Assembly: GCA_963837465.1 (NCBI GenBank)
Contig: CAWINB010000004.1
Coordinates: forward strand, 74,853-138,852
DNA length: 64,000 bases
Direction of reading: 5' to 3'
Origin: Candidatus Doudnabacteria bacterium
Lineage (GTDB): Bacteria; Patescibacteriota; Doudnabacteria; UBA920
Under the pieces are notes generated by a model. It was not told the DNA's origin. It saw only the letters and a list, made by a program, of their open reading frames with translations, and ran no database searches. Position numbers and translations under genes: made by a program. Shown piece after piece: positions 11,036 to 22,000 of this stretch (position 1 is its first letter; each line of letters begins with the position of its first letter).

Positions 11036-14000
11036 TTATTTTTTCTTGTCTTTCTTATACTTCTTACCATCCTTCTTAGGCTCATCGGCAAATAAAGAAG
11101 CTTCAGATGCCATGGGCATCATTGCCGGCATATTGGGGACTATTATTTCCGGCTCTTCGGCGGCAGAGCTTACCGCGCCGTCTTTACCGAGAAGTTCTAC
11201 ATCCAAACAAAGCGACTGAAGTTCTTTGACCAAAACGCGGAAGCTTTCCGGAATATTCGGTTTCTTAATCGGTTCGCCTTTTACAATAGCTTCATAGGTT
11301 TTGCTTCTGCCGACCACATCGTCAGATTTAATAGTCAGCATTTCCTGCAAAGTGTGGGCAGCGCCGTAACCTTCCAAAGCCCAAACTTCCATTTCCCCAA
11401 AACGCTGGCCGCCGAACTGGGCTTTTCCGCCCAAAGGCTGCTGGGTAATTAAGCTGTACGGACCGGTGGAACGCGCGTGCATTTTGTCATCCACCAAGTG
11501 GTGAAGTTTCAAAAAGTACATAACGCCAACCGTAACTTTTTCGTCAAACGGCTCGCCGGTCTTGCCATCAAACAAAACAACTTTGCCGTCTTCGGGCACG
11601 CCGGCTTTTTTAAGTTCCGCCTTAATTTGGTCTTCGTGAATACCGTCCAGTACCGGGGTGGCAATTTTATAACCGAGCTTGTAAGCGGCCATCCCCAAAT
11701 GGGTTTCCAGAATCTGACCGAGGTTCATACGGGACACCACGCCAAGAGGATTTAAGATGATATCGACAGGAGTTCCGTCTGCCATAAACGGCAAATCTTC
11801 CAGCGGAATGACTTTGGAAATAACGCCCTTGTTGCCGTGGCGGCCGGCCATTTTGTCGCCGACCTGGATTTTACGAAGCACGGCCACCGATACCTGAATA
11901 GAGCGGATAACACCGCTGGGGAGTTTGTCGCCGGCATCGCGCGTAAACTGGCGGATGTTGACTACTTTTCCGTATTCGCCGTGCGGCAGGGTTAACGACG
12001 TGTCTTTAACGTCGCGGGATTTTTCACCAAAAATAACTCGCAGCAGTTTTTCTTCGGCCGTTAAGTCTGTTTCGCCTTTGGGCGTGATTTTTCCAACTAA
12101 AATATCACCGGCTTTAACCTGGGCGCCAACGCGGATAATGCCGTTTTCGTCCAAATCTTTTAATTTTTCATCGCCGACGTTGGGGATGTCGCGGGTAACC
12201 TGTTCGGGGCCGAGCTTGGTGTCGCGCACATCTATTTTAAAATCATCAATGTGAATGGAAGAATAGCGGTCCTGCTGAACCACGCGTTCACTAACCAAAA
12301 TAGCGTCTTCGTAGTTGCCGCCTTCCCAGGAAAGGAACGCCACCAAAACGTTCTGGCCCAAAGCCAATTCCCCGCCTTCGGTGGAAGCGCCGTCGGCTAA
12401 AACGTCGCCTTTGCTTACTTTTTGGCCGCGGTTAACACGGGCAATCTGGTTAATGGAAGTTGCTGAGTTGGTGCGCAAAAATTTCAGCAAAGGATATTCT
12501 TTCTTTTTGCCTTTTTCGCCGGCCACGATAATTTTTTCGCCGGTCACGGAAACTACGTCGCCGTCTTCCTCGGCCAAGACCACCGTGCCGCTGTCGCGCG
12601 CGCTCTTGGCTTCCATGCCGGTGCCTACCAAAGGCGCGTCCGGCTTAATGCAGGACACGGCCTGGCGTTGCATGTTGCTGCCCATTAAGGCGCGGTTGGC
12701 ATCGTCGTGTTCCAAAAAGGGAATTAAGGAAGTAGTAACGGAAATAATCTGCTTGGGGGAAACGTCCAGGGCATCTATGTCCGAAGTTTCGGAAATAGAC
12801 GGAACGGAGTGCACGCGCACCGAGGAGCGAGGCTGCACAAAGTAGCCTTTGTCGTCTATTTCAATATTGCTTTGGCCGATAATTAAATGCTCTTCTTCAA
12901 AAGCATCCATATAAACAATTTTGTCCGTGGCCCGGGCTTTAATCCGGACTTCCAAAAGCTGTTCGTTTTTAGCCAATTCTTTGGCCTGGGCCGGGCTGAT
13001 AGTTTGGCCGGCTTTGACTACAACATTACCCTTGGCATCTTTAACATCATAAAAAGCAATTTCATCCACAGAATCTTTGCCGTCATTTTTGGCGTTCTTT
13101 TTAACAAAACGGTAGGGAGTTTCTATAAAACCAAAATCATTTACGCGCGCGTAAGTGGCCAAGTGGGCTACTAGTCCAATGTTTGGCCCTTCCGGAGTGG
13201 TAATGGGACACAATCTTCCGTAGTGGGAACGGTGCACGTCGCGGACTTCAAAACCGGCGCGTTCGCGGCTTAAACCGCCGGGACCCATAGCGCTCAGTCT
13301 GCGCTTGTGCTCCAGTTCGGCTAGCGGGTTGGTCTGGTCCATAAACTGGCTAAGCTGGGAAGATGAAAAGAATTCCTGCATGGTGGCCACAACCGGACGC
13401 ACGTGGACCAGTTGGGCGGGTGTTACAGCGTCAAGATCAGTGAGAGTGGACATGCGGTCTTTGGCAATGCGGGCCATTCTCACCAAACCCACGCGGAAGC
13501 GGGCCTGGATAAGTTCACCCACGGCGCGGACGCGGCGGTTGGCCAAGTGGTCAATGTCATCGGGCGGTTCCTGGGTATTGTTTAAACGGATAACTTCGCG
13601 CACCACGGCAAGCAGATCCTCTTTGGTCAGCAGCGGAGTTTCGTTATCTTTTATGGACAGACGCTGGTTAAATTTGTAGCGGCCTACGTCTGAAAAATCA
13701 TAGCGCTCCAGATTAAAAAACATGCCGGAAATAAGGGATTTGGCATTATCTACGGTAGCCAAATCGCCTGGGCGGATTCTTTTGTAAACTTCTTTGTAGC
13801 CTTCATCACTGTTGGTGGAAGCGTCTTTTTCCAAAGTATTTTGAATGTATTTGGTGTCCGGATCGGTATCAATATCGGCAAAATTGGTTAAAATTTCTTC
13901 GTTGCTTGATAGGCCAAAAACACGCAACAGGGCGGTAATGGGAATTCTGCGTTTGCGGTCAATTTTTACGCCGATAACGCCGGCGGCATCGGTATCCAGC

Positions 14001-14530
14001 TCCAGCCAGGCGCCGCGGTTAGGGATAATTTTGGCGCCGTAGCAGTTTTTGCCGCGGATATTTTCCATGGTGAAAAACACGCCGGGAGATTTAATCAGCT
14101 GGTTAACCACCACGCGTTCCACGCCGTTGATAATAAAAGTGCCGCGCGGCGTCAGTAAAGGGAAATCCCCAAAATAAACATCCTGGGTTTTGGTTTTCCC
14201 GCTTATTTTATTGACCAGCTTGGCCGAAACGTACAAAGGAGCTTCGTAGGTGGTGTTGCGTTCGCGCGAAGTAAACTCGTCATACTTGGGTTTGTCAAAA
14301 AAATAGTCGCCAAAAAACAGCTCCAGGTTCTTGCCCGTAAAATCGCGGATAGGGTTAACTTCGCCAATAAGCGCCTTTAAGCCTTTTTCCACAAACCAGC
14401 GGTAAGAGTTCAACTGGACCTCTATTAAATTGGGCAACAGCGCGGTCTCGTGCTGCTTGGTAAAAAATTTGCGCGCGGGGAATTCTTCCACCCAGGTTTT
14501 GGTGGTAATTTCTTTTGATTTAGTGGCCAT
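11036..14530 (-). CDS. rpoB: RNA polymerase beta subunit (ATG at 14530 preferred to TTG at 14551)
   Basis: [44 protein letters not shown]. Confidence 0.99.
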   Translation of the reverse strand: MATKSKEITTKTWVEEFPARKFFTKQHETALLPNLIEVQLNSYRWFVEKGLKALIGEVNPIRDFTGKNLELFFGDYFFDKPKYDEFTSRERNTTYEAPLYVSAKLVNKISGKTKTQDVYFGDFPLLTPRGTFIINGVERVVVNQLIKSPGVFFTMENIRGKNCYGAKIIPNRGAWLELDTDAAGVIGVKIDRKRRIPITALLRVFGLSSNEEILTNFADIDTDPDTKYIQNTLEKDASTNSDEGYKEVYKRIRPGDLATVDNAKSLISGMFFNLERYDFSDVGRYKFNQRLSIKDNETPLLTKEDLLAVVREVIRLNNTQEPPDDIDHLANRRVRAVGELIQARFRVGLVRMARIAKDRMSTLTDLDAVTPAQLVHVRPVVATMQEFFSSSQLSQFMDQTNPLAELEHKRRLSAMGPGGLSRERAGFEVRDVHRSHYGRLCPITTPEGPNIGLVAHLATYARVNDFGFIETPYRFVKKNAKNDGKDSVDEIAFYDVKDAKGNVVVKAGQTISPAQAKELAKNEQLLEVRIKARATDKIVYMDAFEEEHLIIGQSNIEIDDKGYFVQPRSSVRVHSVPSISETSDIDALDVSPKQIISVTTSLIPFLEHDDANRALMGSNMQRQAVSCIKPDAPLVGTGMEAKSARDSGTVVLAEEDGDVVSVTGEKIIVAGEKGKKKEYPLLKFLRTNSATSINQIARVNRGQKVSKGDVLADGASTEGGELALGQNVLVAFLSWEGGNYEDAILVSERVVQQDRYSSIHIDDFKIDVRDTKLGPEQVTRDIPNVGDEKLKDLDENGIIRVGAQVKAGDILVGKITPKGETDLTAEEKLLRVIFGEKSRDVKDTSLTLPHGEYGKVVNIRQFTRDAGDKLPSGVIRSIQVSVAVLRKIQVGDKMAGRHGNKGVISKVIPLEDLPFMADGTPVDIILNPLGVVSRMNLGQILETHLGMAAYKLGYKIATPVLDGIHEDQIKAELKKAGVPEDGKVVLFDGKTGEPFDEKVTVGVMYFLKLHHLVDDKMHARSTGPYSLITQQPLGGKAQFGGQRFGEMEVWALEGYGAAHTLQEMLTIKSDDVVGRSKTYEAIVKGEPIKKPNIPESFRVLVKELQSLCLDVELLGKDGAVSSAAEEPEIIVPNMPAMMPMASEASLFADEPKKDGKKYKKDKKK

Positions 14531-14613
14531 TAAGTATGAACTTTCAGCCAAAACGCACTATTTTGGCTTAATTAAAGCAAAAACTAAACCTTGCTATGTG
14601 AGTCGGTAAGGAC

Positions 14614-14704
14614 TTCCGTGCTTGGTCAAGTACTAGGCATTTTTTGAGGATGTTTGGAGATGTAGTCATACTACACCGGAAAACAGCGGAAAAAAATAAC
14701 AAAG
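14614..14704. repeat. Dispersed ~90-bp repeat, copy 1 (rpoB leader)
   Basis: ttccgtgcttgg...ggcattttttgaggatgtttggagatgtagt...ggaaaaaaataac; related copy at 63907-64000. Confidence 0.75.
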
Positions 14705-15004
14705 TAATTAAACAAGCCCTCTTTGGGGGTTTCATCAATAATATCAATATTTTTAGATAAAACACGGAAGTCCTTTATGGAATATTTTATGTTCTCTATC
14801 TTCCCGAAATCATGGATTGAGGACACAAAACATTCCCTTTTTACACGCATCCCGCTATTTTTTAATAATTGATGGGTTTTGGAAAAAAATTTACTTTATT
14901 TAAAAGCATAAATATTTTTCCAGCCAACGCAAAAAAATTTGCGGGGAACGCAAAAAGGGCCGATCCACAAAGGCTTATAGGCTTACAACATTGTGCATAT
15001 TTTG

Positions 15005-15032
15005 ATTATACTCGTCAACCAAAACTTGTCAA
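15005..15032 (-). promoter_or_regulatory. Candidate rpoB promoter
   Basis: Minus strand TTGACA-16-TATAAT about 470 bp upstream of rpoB. Confidence 0.5.
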
Positions 15033-15443
15033 GTCCCGATTCTACCGGAACAAAATCCTTAAAACCCGATATCTTTATACATCCATACTACCACACTTAC
15101 CCACAAACCTCAAACAGTTAATCCACAGGGGAATAAAAGATGGCTCTGATATTTTTTGGTTACTTTAAAATAAAGGCAATACCTTCTTTTAGTGGTGCTT
15201 ATTATTTACAAACACATAGAGAATTTTATATATGGATTTGAGTATTTTTTATGTATAAATCATTCACGTATCTACAAAAGTAGAAATTTTATATATGGAT
15301 TTGAGTTTTAGATTCTTATAATATTATAACATATCTACAAAAGTAGAAATTTTATATATGGATTTGAGAGTTCCTGTACGGAAAGGACTGGAATATCTAC
15401 AAAAGTAGAAATTTTATATATGGATTTGAGTGAACTGCTCTGA

Positions 15444-16418
15444 TTATACCGTACCACTTCGACCGTTTTTGATGAGAGGTTTTAGAGCGGTCTTGGTGTA
15501 GGCCATCGGCGGTTTGTAGCCGATGCTGCTGTGTAATCTTCTATAATTATAGTAGTTAATTTTCTTCTTTACAAACTTAATAACTTCGGTTAAATTGGTC
15601 AGCTCAGATATCTCGCTTTGCAGCTCAGTCTTAAACCTGCCAAAGAAAGATTCCTGTCCTGGATTGTCCGTTGGAGTGCCAGGCTTGGAAAAAGATATCT
15701 TGCCGTGTCCCAGTATCGCTTCCACATAACTGTAACCGGTATACTGACTGCCCCTGTCCTGATGCCAAATCATTTTCTTAAATAATCTTTTTAACAGTTT
15801 GGGACAAGGTGGGAGTCGGCTGATAGTTTTTAAAGCGCTGCAAAACGAATTTAAGACTAAAGTTTCTTCCATGTTGTCATCAATATCGTATCCGTAAACT
15901 GCTTCCCCTAAGTTGTCCTTATGTACACACAAGTAAGCTTTTCCGGTTTTGAACTTCAACTCCGTAATATCCGAAGTAACGGCCTGCAAGGGTTTGGTGA
16001 TATTAGCCTTTAAAAGTAAGTTGGCTTTATCTCCTAAAGCATTTAAAGTTTTTTGAATAAAAGTATCTTTATTCTTTTTAATATTTCTAGGTAGACTAAG
16101 GCCCCAAAGGTTGCTTAATTTAGCCACTTTATCTCGGCCAATAGTAATGCGCTTGTTATCGTTCAGCTCATAGTAAAGCCTTCTTATTCCATAACCAGAA
16201 TTATCTTTTATGACTTTGACAAAGACTGCTTTTAAATGTTTATGGGCAATTTCAAACTTTTGGGTTTTATCACAGGCGTGGTAGTAAGTGTCCTTACTGA
16301 TATTAAAGAGTTTACAGATTTGATTAATCCCAATTCCATCCTGGCCGGCAAACTTGCGACAGTATTCGGCGATGCAAAGCTTGCTTACCCCTGACTGTCT
16401 AAAAAATTTTTAAGTAAG
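15444..16418 (-). CDS. IS3 OrfB DDE transposase (frame open from 16418; probably fused to OrfA by -1 frameshift)
   Basis: ICKLFNISKDTYYH, YGIRRL, SDITE, HQDRGSQY, DNPGQESFF, YYNYRRLHSSIGYKPP; slippery T-TTT-TTA at 16400-16406. Confidence 0.9.
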
Positions 16419-16711
16419 TTAATTTCCACTTCCTTTTTTCCCAGTAAGGATTCCAGATCACGAATTTGTTGTTTTGCTTGCTCTGTAGTTTTATCTGCTT
16501 TGAGTTCAAAGATGCTGGGACCGTTGTCCAGGAAGTGCCTGCGCCAGGTGGAAATTTGGTTGGGAGCTAAGTTATGCTTCCTGGCCAGTGCTGTAACTTC
16601 CGATTGTTTAAAACTTTCCAGTACCAGGTTAAACTTAAATTGGGCTGAATGTTTAATCTTAGAATTTAATTTGCTGCTACGCTTGTAGACATATTTTTTT
16701 ACATAATTCAT
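16385..16711 (-). CDS. IS3 OrfA (HTH)
   Basis: HSAQFKFNLVLE...VTALARKHNLAPNQISTWRR plus C-terminal coiled coil. Confidence 0.9.
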   Translation of the reverse strand: MNYVKKYVYKRSSKLNSKIKHSAQFKFNLVLESFKQSEVTALARKHNLAPNQISTWRRHFLDNGPSIFELKADKTTEQAKQQIRDLESLLGKKEVEINLLKNFLDSQG

Positions 16712-17049
16712 AATGGTTTTAGCAGGGTTACAATTAATTGTATTTTACCCTCTAAAACCTCTCATGCATAGTGGTACGGGAAAGCCAGGACAGATCAGAG
16801 GATTACTACTGGCGCCGGGACTTTGATCTACAAAAGTAGAAATTTTATATATGGATTTGAGTTTTATGGAACGGCGTACAAGCACAGATCTACAAAAGTA
16901 GAAATTTTATATATGGATTTGAGGGGGAATAACCAAGTCGCCGCATTCCATCTACAAAAGTAGAAATTTTATATATGGATTTGAGTATATTCTTTGTGGA
17001 AGATGTGGGCTACATCTACAAAAGTAGAAATTTTATATATGGATTTGAG

Positions 17050-17211
17050 TCCGAATTGTTTTAGTTTAAGCCAAAAAGAATGCAAATAACAAATAAATTG
17101 TTACGACTTTTTGGCTTAAACATAAGTGGCCAAAAAATAAAGACCAAGGTTTTCAAATCTATATTTAAACTTATACCTTTAGGTATTTTGTTTAATTTTT
17201 AAGGTACATTT
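17050..17211 (-). promoter_or_regulatory. CRISPR leader
   Basis: AT-rich non-coding stretch between cas2 stop and first repeat; contains a 15-bp perfect inverted repeat (17064-17078/17107-17121). Confidence 0.75.
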
Positions 17212-17493
17212 TTATTTAAAGACTAACACATCTTTCTCTTCGTTAGCCGAATAGCCATAACGAATGACTTTTTTTTGACAGACCAGACAAACTGGAAAAA
17301 TAACAATACTATCGCTATTGGTAAACTGCTTTTTATATACCAATTCTATCTCTTTTAAAATGTTTGTCAATACGCGCGGGCTGTTCTTTATTTCAAAAAC
17401 CGAATACTGAATTCTGCGGCCAAATTTCTTTAAAAATTTGCTGAATTTTGTCCTGGTTTTGTCGTCGGCAAAATCGTAAGAAACTAAAATCAT
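17212..17493 (-). CDS. cas2: CRISPR-associated Cas2
   Basis: MILVSYDFADDKTRTKFSKFLKKFGRRIQYSVFE. Confidence 0.95.
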   Translation of the reverse strand: MILVSYDFADDKTRTKFSKFLKKFGRRIQYSVFEIKNSPRVLTNILKEIELVYKKQFTNSDSIVIFPVCLVCQKKVIRYGYSANEEKDVLVFK

Positions 17494-17494
17494 A

Positions 17495-18457
17495 TTATTG
17501 AACCTCTTTGTTTAAAATATTAAAGTCAGGAAACTCGCCGCCGCTATGCATAAGAGACCTGTAAAATTTTTGGGTGAATAAATATAAAGCCTCTTTATTG
17601 TCCATAATTGCTTCCATAAAAATTTTGCCGTACTTTTGGCTTTTTTGATAATCTAAAACATATCTTCTGCCTACAACAGAAAAATCTTTACTATCTATTT
17701 GCTTGAGGTTGTAGGATTTTATAAGTTGTTTTTCTATAATACAGCGAAATGGCTCAATGATATCGCAGGTTAGTGATTTCCGCTGGAAAAATAATTTATG
17801 ATAGACCCCTTTGTAGGTATCAAAGCCAAACAGCAATAAAAGCGAATCAATAAAGTTAAATAAAAAAGTATAGCCCATATCCAATAAAAAATTAGGGATA
17901 TCGGGTTTTACCCGCGGCATACGTCTAAGCCAGCCAATTTTCCCAAAATATTCTCCAAAAAATACTCGGCTAAAATTTCCTTCCAGTCCCAATAACTCTT
18001 CAGGATTTCTGGCATTAACGACCTGCGCTAAAAATTCTGCAATCCCAGCTTCAACGTTCAAATCCCTATCTAATAACCTAAACTGGTTTTCCATTTTATT
18101 TGCTACCAATTTTTTTGCCATCCTAAACTCTTTTTCCTCGGGCATAGTGTATTGCATTGACCTAAGCATATAATTTCCCTCTGCCCGCGCGTTAAGGGCG
18201 CCGTATAACCCAAAATTATTACCCAAAAAAAATAAGGAAACCGCCCGCTTGCGGCACTCTTTTACTAAACCAGAGGTAAAAGAAAAGTCCCCGATTACGA
18301 ATATAGCCAAAATGCGGTGGCACGAAGCCTGGTTTATAATTTTTCCCTCTTTTTCAAAAACCACGTTTTCATTTTTAAAGAACAACCGGTTTTTAGCTCC
18401 GTGTTCGGTCTGGACAAATAAAATCTGCTTGGCTTTTAAATCCGGCAAAGTTAGCAT
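17495..18457 (-). CDS. cas1: Type V-associated Cas1
   Basis: LLGLEGNFSRVFF, NFLLDMGYTFL, GVYHKLFFQRKSLTCDIIEPFR. Confidence 0.95.
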   Translation of the reverse strand: MLTLPDLKAKQILFVQTEHGAKNRLFFKNENVVFEKEGKIINQASCHRILAIFVIGDFSFTSGLVKECRKRAVSLFFLGNNFGLYGALNARAEGNYMLRSMQYTMPEEKEFRMAKKLVANKMENQFRLLDRDLNVEAGIAEFLAQVVNARNPEELLGLEGNFSRVFFGEYFGKIGWLRRMPRVKPDIPNFLLDMGYTFLFNFIDSLLLLFGFDTYKGVYHKLFFQRKSLTCDIIEPFRCIIEKQLIKSYNLKQIDSKDFSVVGRRYVLDYQKSQKYGKIFMEAIMDNKEALYLFTQKFYRSLMHSGGEFPDFNILNKEVQ

Positions 18458-18460
18458 AAG

Positions 18461-19003
18461 TTAGTTCCAAGCTAATGGGCTGTAAATATTATTTTGACAA
18501 TGGGCGCATGAATGTTCGGTAATATCCTTGGGGCTGAAACTTCTCATTTTTTGCAACGTTTGTTCAAATTCTAAAATTTCCTCCGCGCTTGGCAAGCCAA
18601 CTTCATAACGTTTGTTATCGGAAAGGCTGTGTAAAAACATTTTTTCTACTTTATACCCCATTTCTTCCATACAAAACATTTCCGCGTAAAGCTGGTATTT
18701 GTAACCCAAATAAATGTTTTTAATTTTATTTTTGCGCTCTATTAAAGTTTTTCCGGTTTGGTCATATATATCGATCTTGCCAATCAAACCATACCTCTCG
18801 CAATATACATCTATCCCCTGAACAAATCGCTTAGCGCTGGAATAAGTCCCATCTTCTATATTTTCATGCACCAACTTCCCCGCCACCTGCGCAGTTTCGT
18901 GATATCCCCGCTGGTCAAAATTCTCATATATTGTATGCAGATATAAAGACAAAGGACAGTAAAGAAAGTCATTTATTTTGGAAATTTGTATGTAATTTTC
19001 CAT
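18461..19003 (-). CDS. cas4: Type V-associated Cas4
   Basis: INDFLYCP, GKIDIY...IERK, YQLYA, C-terminal CAHC. Confidence 0.93.
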   Translation of the reverse strand: MENYIQISKINDFLYCPLSLYLHTIYENFDQRGYHETAQVAGKLVHENIEDGTYSSAKRFVQGIDVYCERYGLIGKIDIYDQTGKTLIERKNKIKNIYLGYKYQLYAEMFCMEEMGYKVEKMFLHSLSDNKRYEVGLPSAEEILEFEQTLQKMRSFSPKDITEHSCAHCQNNIYSPLAWN

Positions 19004-19010
19004 TTATTTT

Positions 19011-22000
19011 TTATTTCTGAACAAAGGAATCCCATTCTGATAAACTAACAAATAAGTCTTTATAAACCAATTTATCTGCGCCGCCTTTGGCCTTCGCGGC
19101 ATCTCTAATTTTATTAATCATATATAAACCTTTTCGAGCTATATTATAAGCTCCATTTGCGTCTCCGTTTATTATTGTTGCCAGACTAAGATTAGCATCT
19201 TTAGGATTACGGCTATCAAAACTGCAAACAGGGCATTGTATAAAATCATCATCCTTTTCAGAACTATTACGAATAGATAGCAATAGGCCAAAATAAAATA
19301 AAAAGTTTTTATAAAATTGCGCCGTCAAATTAGCATTAATTATCGCGTCTGTTATATCCCCTTTTCCACGCCAGTCAATCTTGGATTCGTCAAATAATTC
19401 AATAAACCTTTCTGTAATTTGATAGCTATTAGTAATATAACGCTTTTCTCCATTTTCAATTCTAGGGCTAGTCTTATAGCGAATAACGTCTGAATATAAA
19501 GTCCATTCGTTTTTCCCTGATGGTTTTTCATTACTGAAGTCAGCAATCTTATAAGTAAAAGCGAGCCTATTATTTTTTACCTCGTACTGGATCCGTAAAT
19601 TTTGGATTAACTCTTTTGATTTTTCAACATTTTCGAAAACAGTCTTTAGCCGCGCATCTTTACGGAAACCACAGTTTGGGCAGGTGGTAGAAGTATAAGC
19701 TGGGGCCGTATAGAATATCACACCCGTTTGTCCGGAAAGATTCTGAACACTTTGTATTGGAGAAGTTAGCTGAAAAGCTTTTAAAGGATGACCGAATTCA
19801 CCCTCTTGAGCGTGTTTAAGTACCAAAAAATTCAACTTTTTTACCAATGCCAATTCTAACTTTTGATAAACCTGTTTTTCTATTTTTGTTCTCCCGCGTT
19901 TAAACTTACTATTCAAATCCTCAAATATCACAATAGCATTATACTTTATAACTAAATCGCATAACTTTTTAACGGCGTGGGAAGCATAACCTTCTTTGAG
20001 TTCTTTGATATTTGCTATGGCCTGCCAGTCTAACCGAGCTTGTTTCCGTTGTTTTTCTCTTTCGTCTAATTTTTGGTGATAAGAAATACCATTAACTACA
20101 TTTAGACTCTGATGCTCATTTTCAATAATATTACCCTCGCCATCCAATATACAATAATAACCCAAGTGTTTTTCACCTCGGTCTATACCAATAATATTAA
20201 TCTTATTTTGTACCAACTCCTTATTAACTGCTATGTTAAAATTTTTAGGTGTAATAGCGCCACTATTTGCGTTTAATGATATGGGTAGATGAAGTAATAT
20301 TTTATCTTCCGTGTATCTTTTGTTCCCTATAACATCAATTTTAGTTTTCCTTTCTTTATCAACAACAGACTTAAGTGATTTTGGCCGGAAAAAAACTTCA
20401 GCTCCACCACTTAATTTAAAGACCAAATCGTTCAAATTTTGTTTATCAAATAAAAGTTTGAAGTATGTGGTATGCAGGTTTTCCTTACCGGATGATTTTT
20501 TAGCAAAATCCTTTGAATAAATCTCAAACAAATATAAATGTTTATCTGCCGTTTCTTTAGTTTTTTTATTTGTTCTAATATATACCCCCTGCTCTACATA
20601 AACTTGACTAACCTGTTCAAAATCAAGTTCGTAAGTATTAACCAATTCCAAATCAGCCAGTAAGTCCTTGGTGGCGACATATGTTTTACTAACAAGACTT
20701 TGCAACTCTGGGAACTTTGATATTTTAGTCAGCAGAATTTTGTTAATCCTTTCCAACAATTTTTTCTCAGACATAAGCTTCTTGTCGTCTTTGAAAGTTG
20801 AGCCAAACATGCCTTTATAACTACTTCCAAAAAGACTTGTGGTTTTGAGCTGCTTGTAGACCATTTTTTCATATCGTGCTCCTTTTTCAAATGCAGTAAA
20901 AGCTTCTGGATACTTCTGCCTTTCAAATAATCCTGGGTCATCAGAAATTCCCAGAAAGAACTTTTTATGCTTTTTGAAAATAAAACCACAAAATTGAGCC
21001 GCGCCGGCATCATTTTCAGACCAGCCATCTAATAAATTCCCTTTATCAAAATTCAACTTAACCTTTCTGGTCAAAAATATTTTTTTTGTCAAAAAATTAC
21101 GTAAAGCATCATAATATTTAAAGGCTGCCCAATTATGGTATATATCATTAAATGAATTATAAAAATTGCTTTCAATTTTTATATCTGCAATTTTCTTCTT
21201 CCCTTTTTCTAAAGCTAAATATTTTACCATACGGTATAAGCTTAAAACCGCTTCGGCATAATGCTTTACAATTTCCAAAGACTGTGGGGTTTTATTCCAC
21301 TTTTGTTTCAATAATAACCCAAGCTCTTTATTTGCTTCTTGATAAATCTTTAATAGTTGATAAAATTCACTGAGCCAAATGTTGTAAAAATTATGCAAAT
21401 GACTTTGCGTGGAATCGATTGTCTTAGTTTTAATATATTCTTCCTTAAAAAGATCTTCGTTTTTTATATAGCGTAATGTTTCCAGTGCATTGCTAATTTC
21501 CATAAAACTAACAAAATCCGGTAAATTATCTTTTATATCTTTTTTCTTTTTTTCTTCATTAACAATATTTATAACGGCTTGTTTAAAAATTTCACCATTT
21601 TTAAACCATTTATAGCTTATTGTATTAAAAGCTTGTCCGTTTACATAAATTCCCGATAAATCAAAAGGGGCTTTATCTATGAGCAACGATTTAAATAATT
21701 TTTCAATTTCTGGGATAACTTCATTATTTTCTCTTTCAAATTCGTTTAGTGTGTCTAATAAATTATCATCGTCTTCAATAATTAATCTACCAACTTCTTG
21801 GGCAGATTTCTCGCTTAGAATCTGCTTATACAAAGCCTGAAATAATGGCAATTTTTCTTCTTTGTGTTTCTGCCTATATTCATTAATTTTTTGATTCAAG
21901 CCCTTAGCTCCAACGCCGCCAGCTTCCTTATCTGCGCCAATTATTTTATTATAGACATCAATACCAGATTGCAAAAAACAGTTATTATAATAATCCAAAT

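Larger units (their letters stand above)
15431..16797 (-). mobile_element. IS3-family insertion sequence (1367 bp) with 3-bp target duplication GAG
   Basis: TG...CA ends; imperfect IRs TGAACTGCTCTGATTATACCGTACCACT / TGATCTGTCCTGGCTTTCCCGTACCACT; GAG at 15428-15430 and 16798-16800; orfA/orfB. Confidence 0.95.
15204..17049 (-). CRISPR. Type V-A CRISPR array: 8 repeats (7 perfect 36-bp, 1 degenerate terminal), 7 spacers of 25-28 bp, interrupted by IS3
   Basis: Repeat CTCAAATCCATATATAAAATTTCTACTTTTGTAGAT (Cas12a-type 3' AATTTCTACT-TTT-GTAGAT) at 17014-17049, 16950-16985, 16888-16923, 16826-16861, 15395-15430, 15333-15368, 15270-15305; degenerate copy 15204-15242. Confidence 0.98.

Noticed and set aside
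14568-15168. ORFs 14568-14765 and 14869-15168
   Set aside because: They overlap a dispersed repeat and the candidate rpoB promoter, and lack protein-like features
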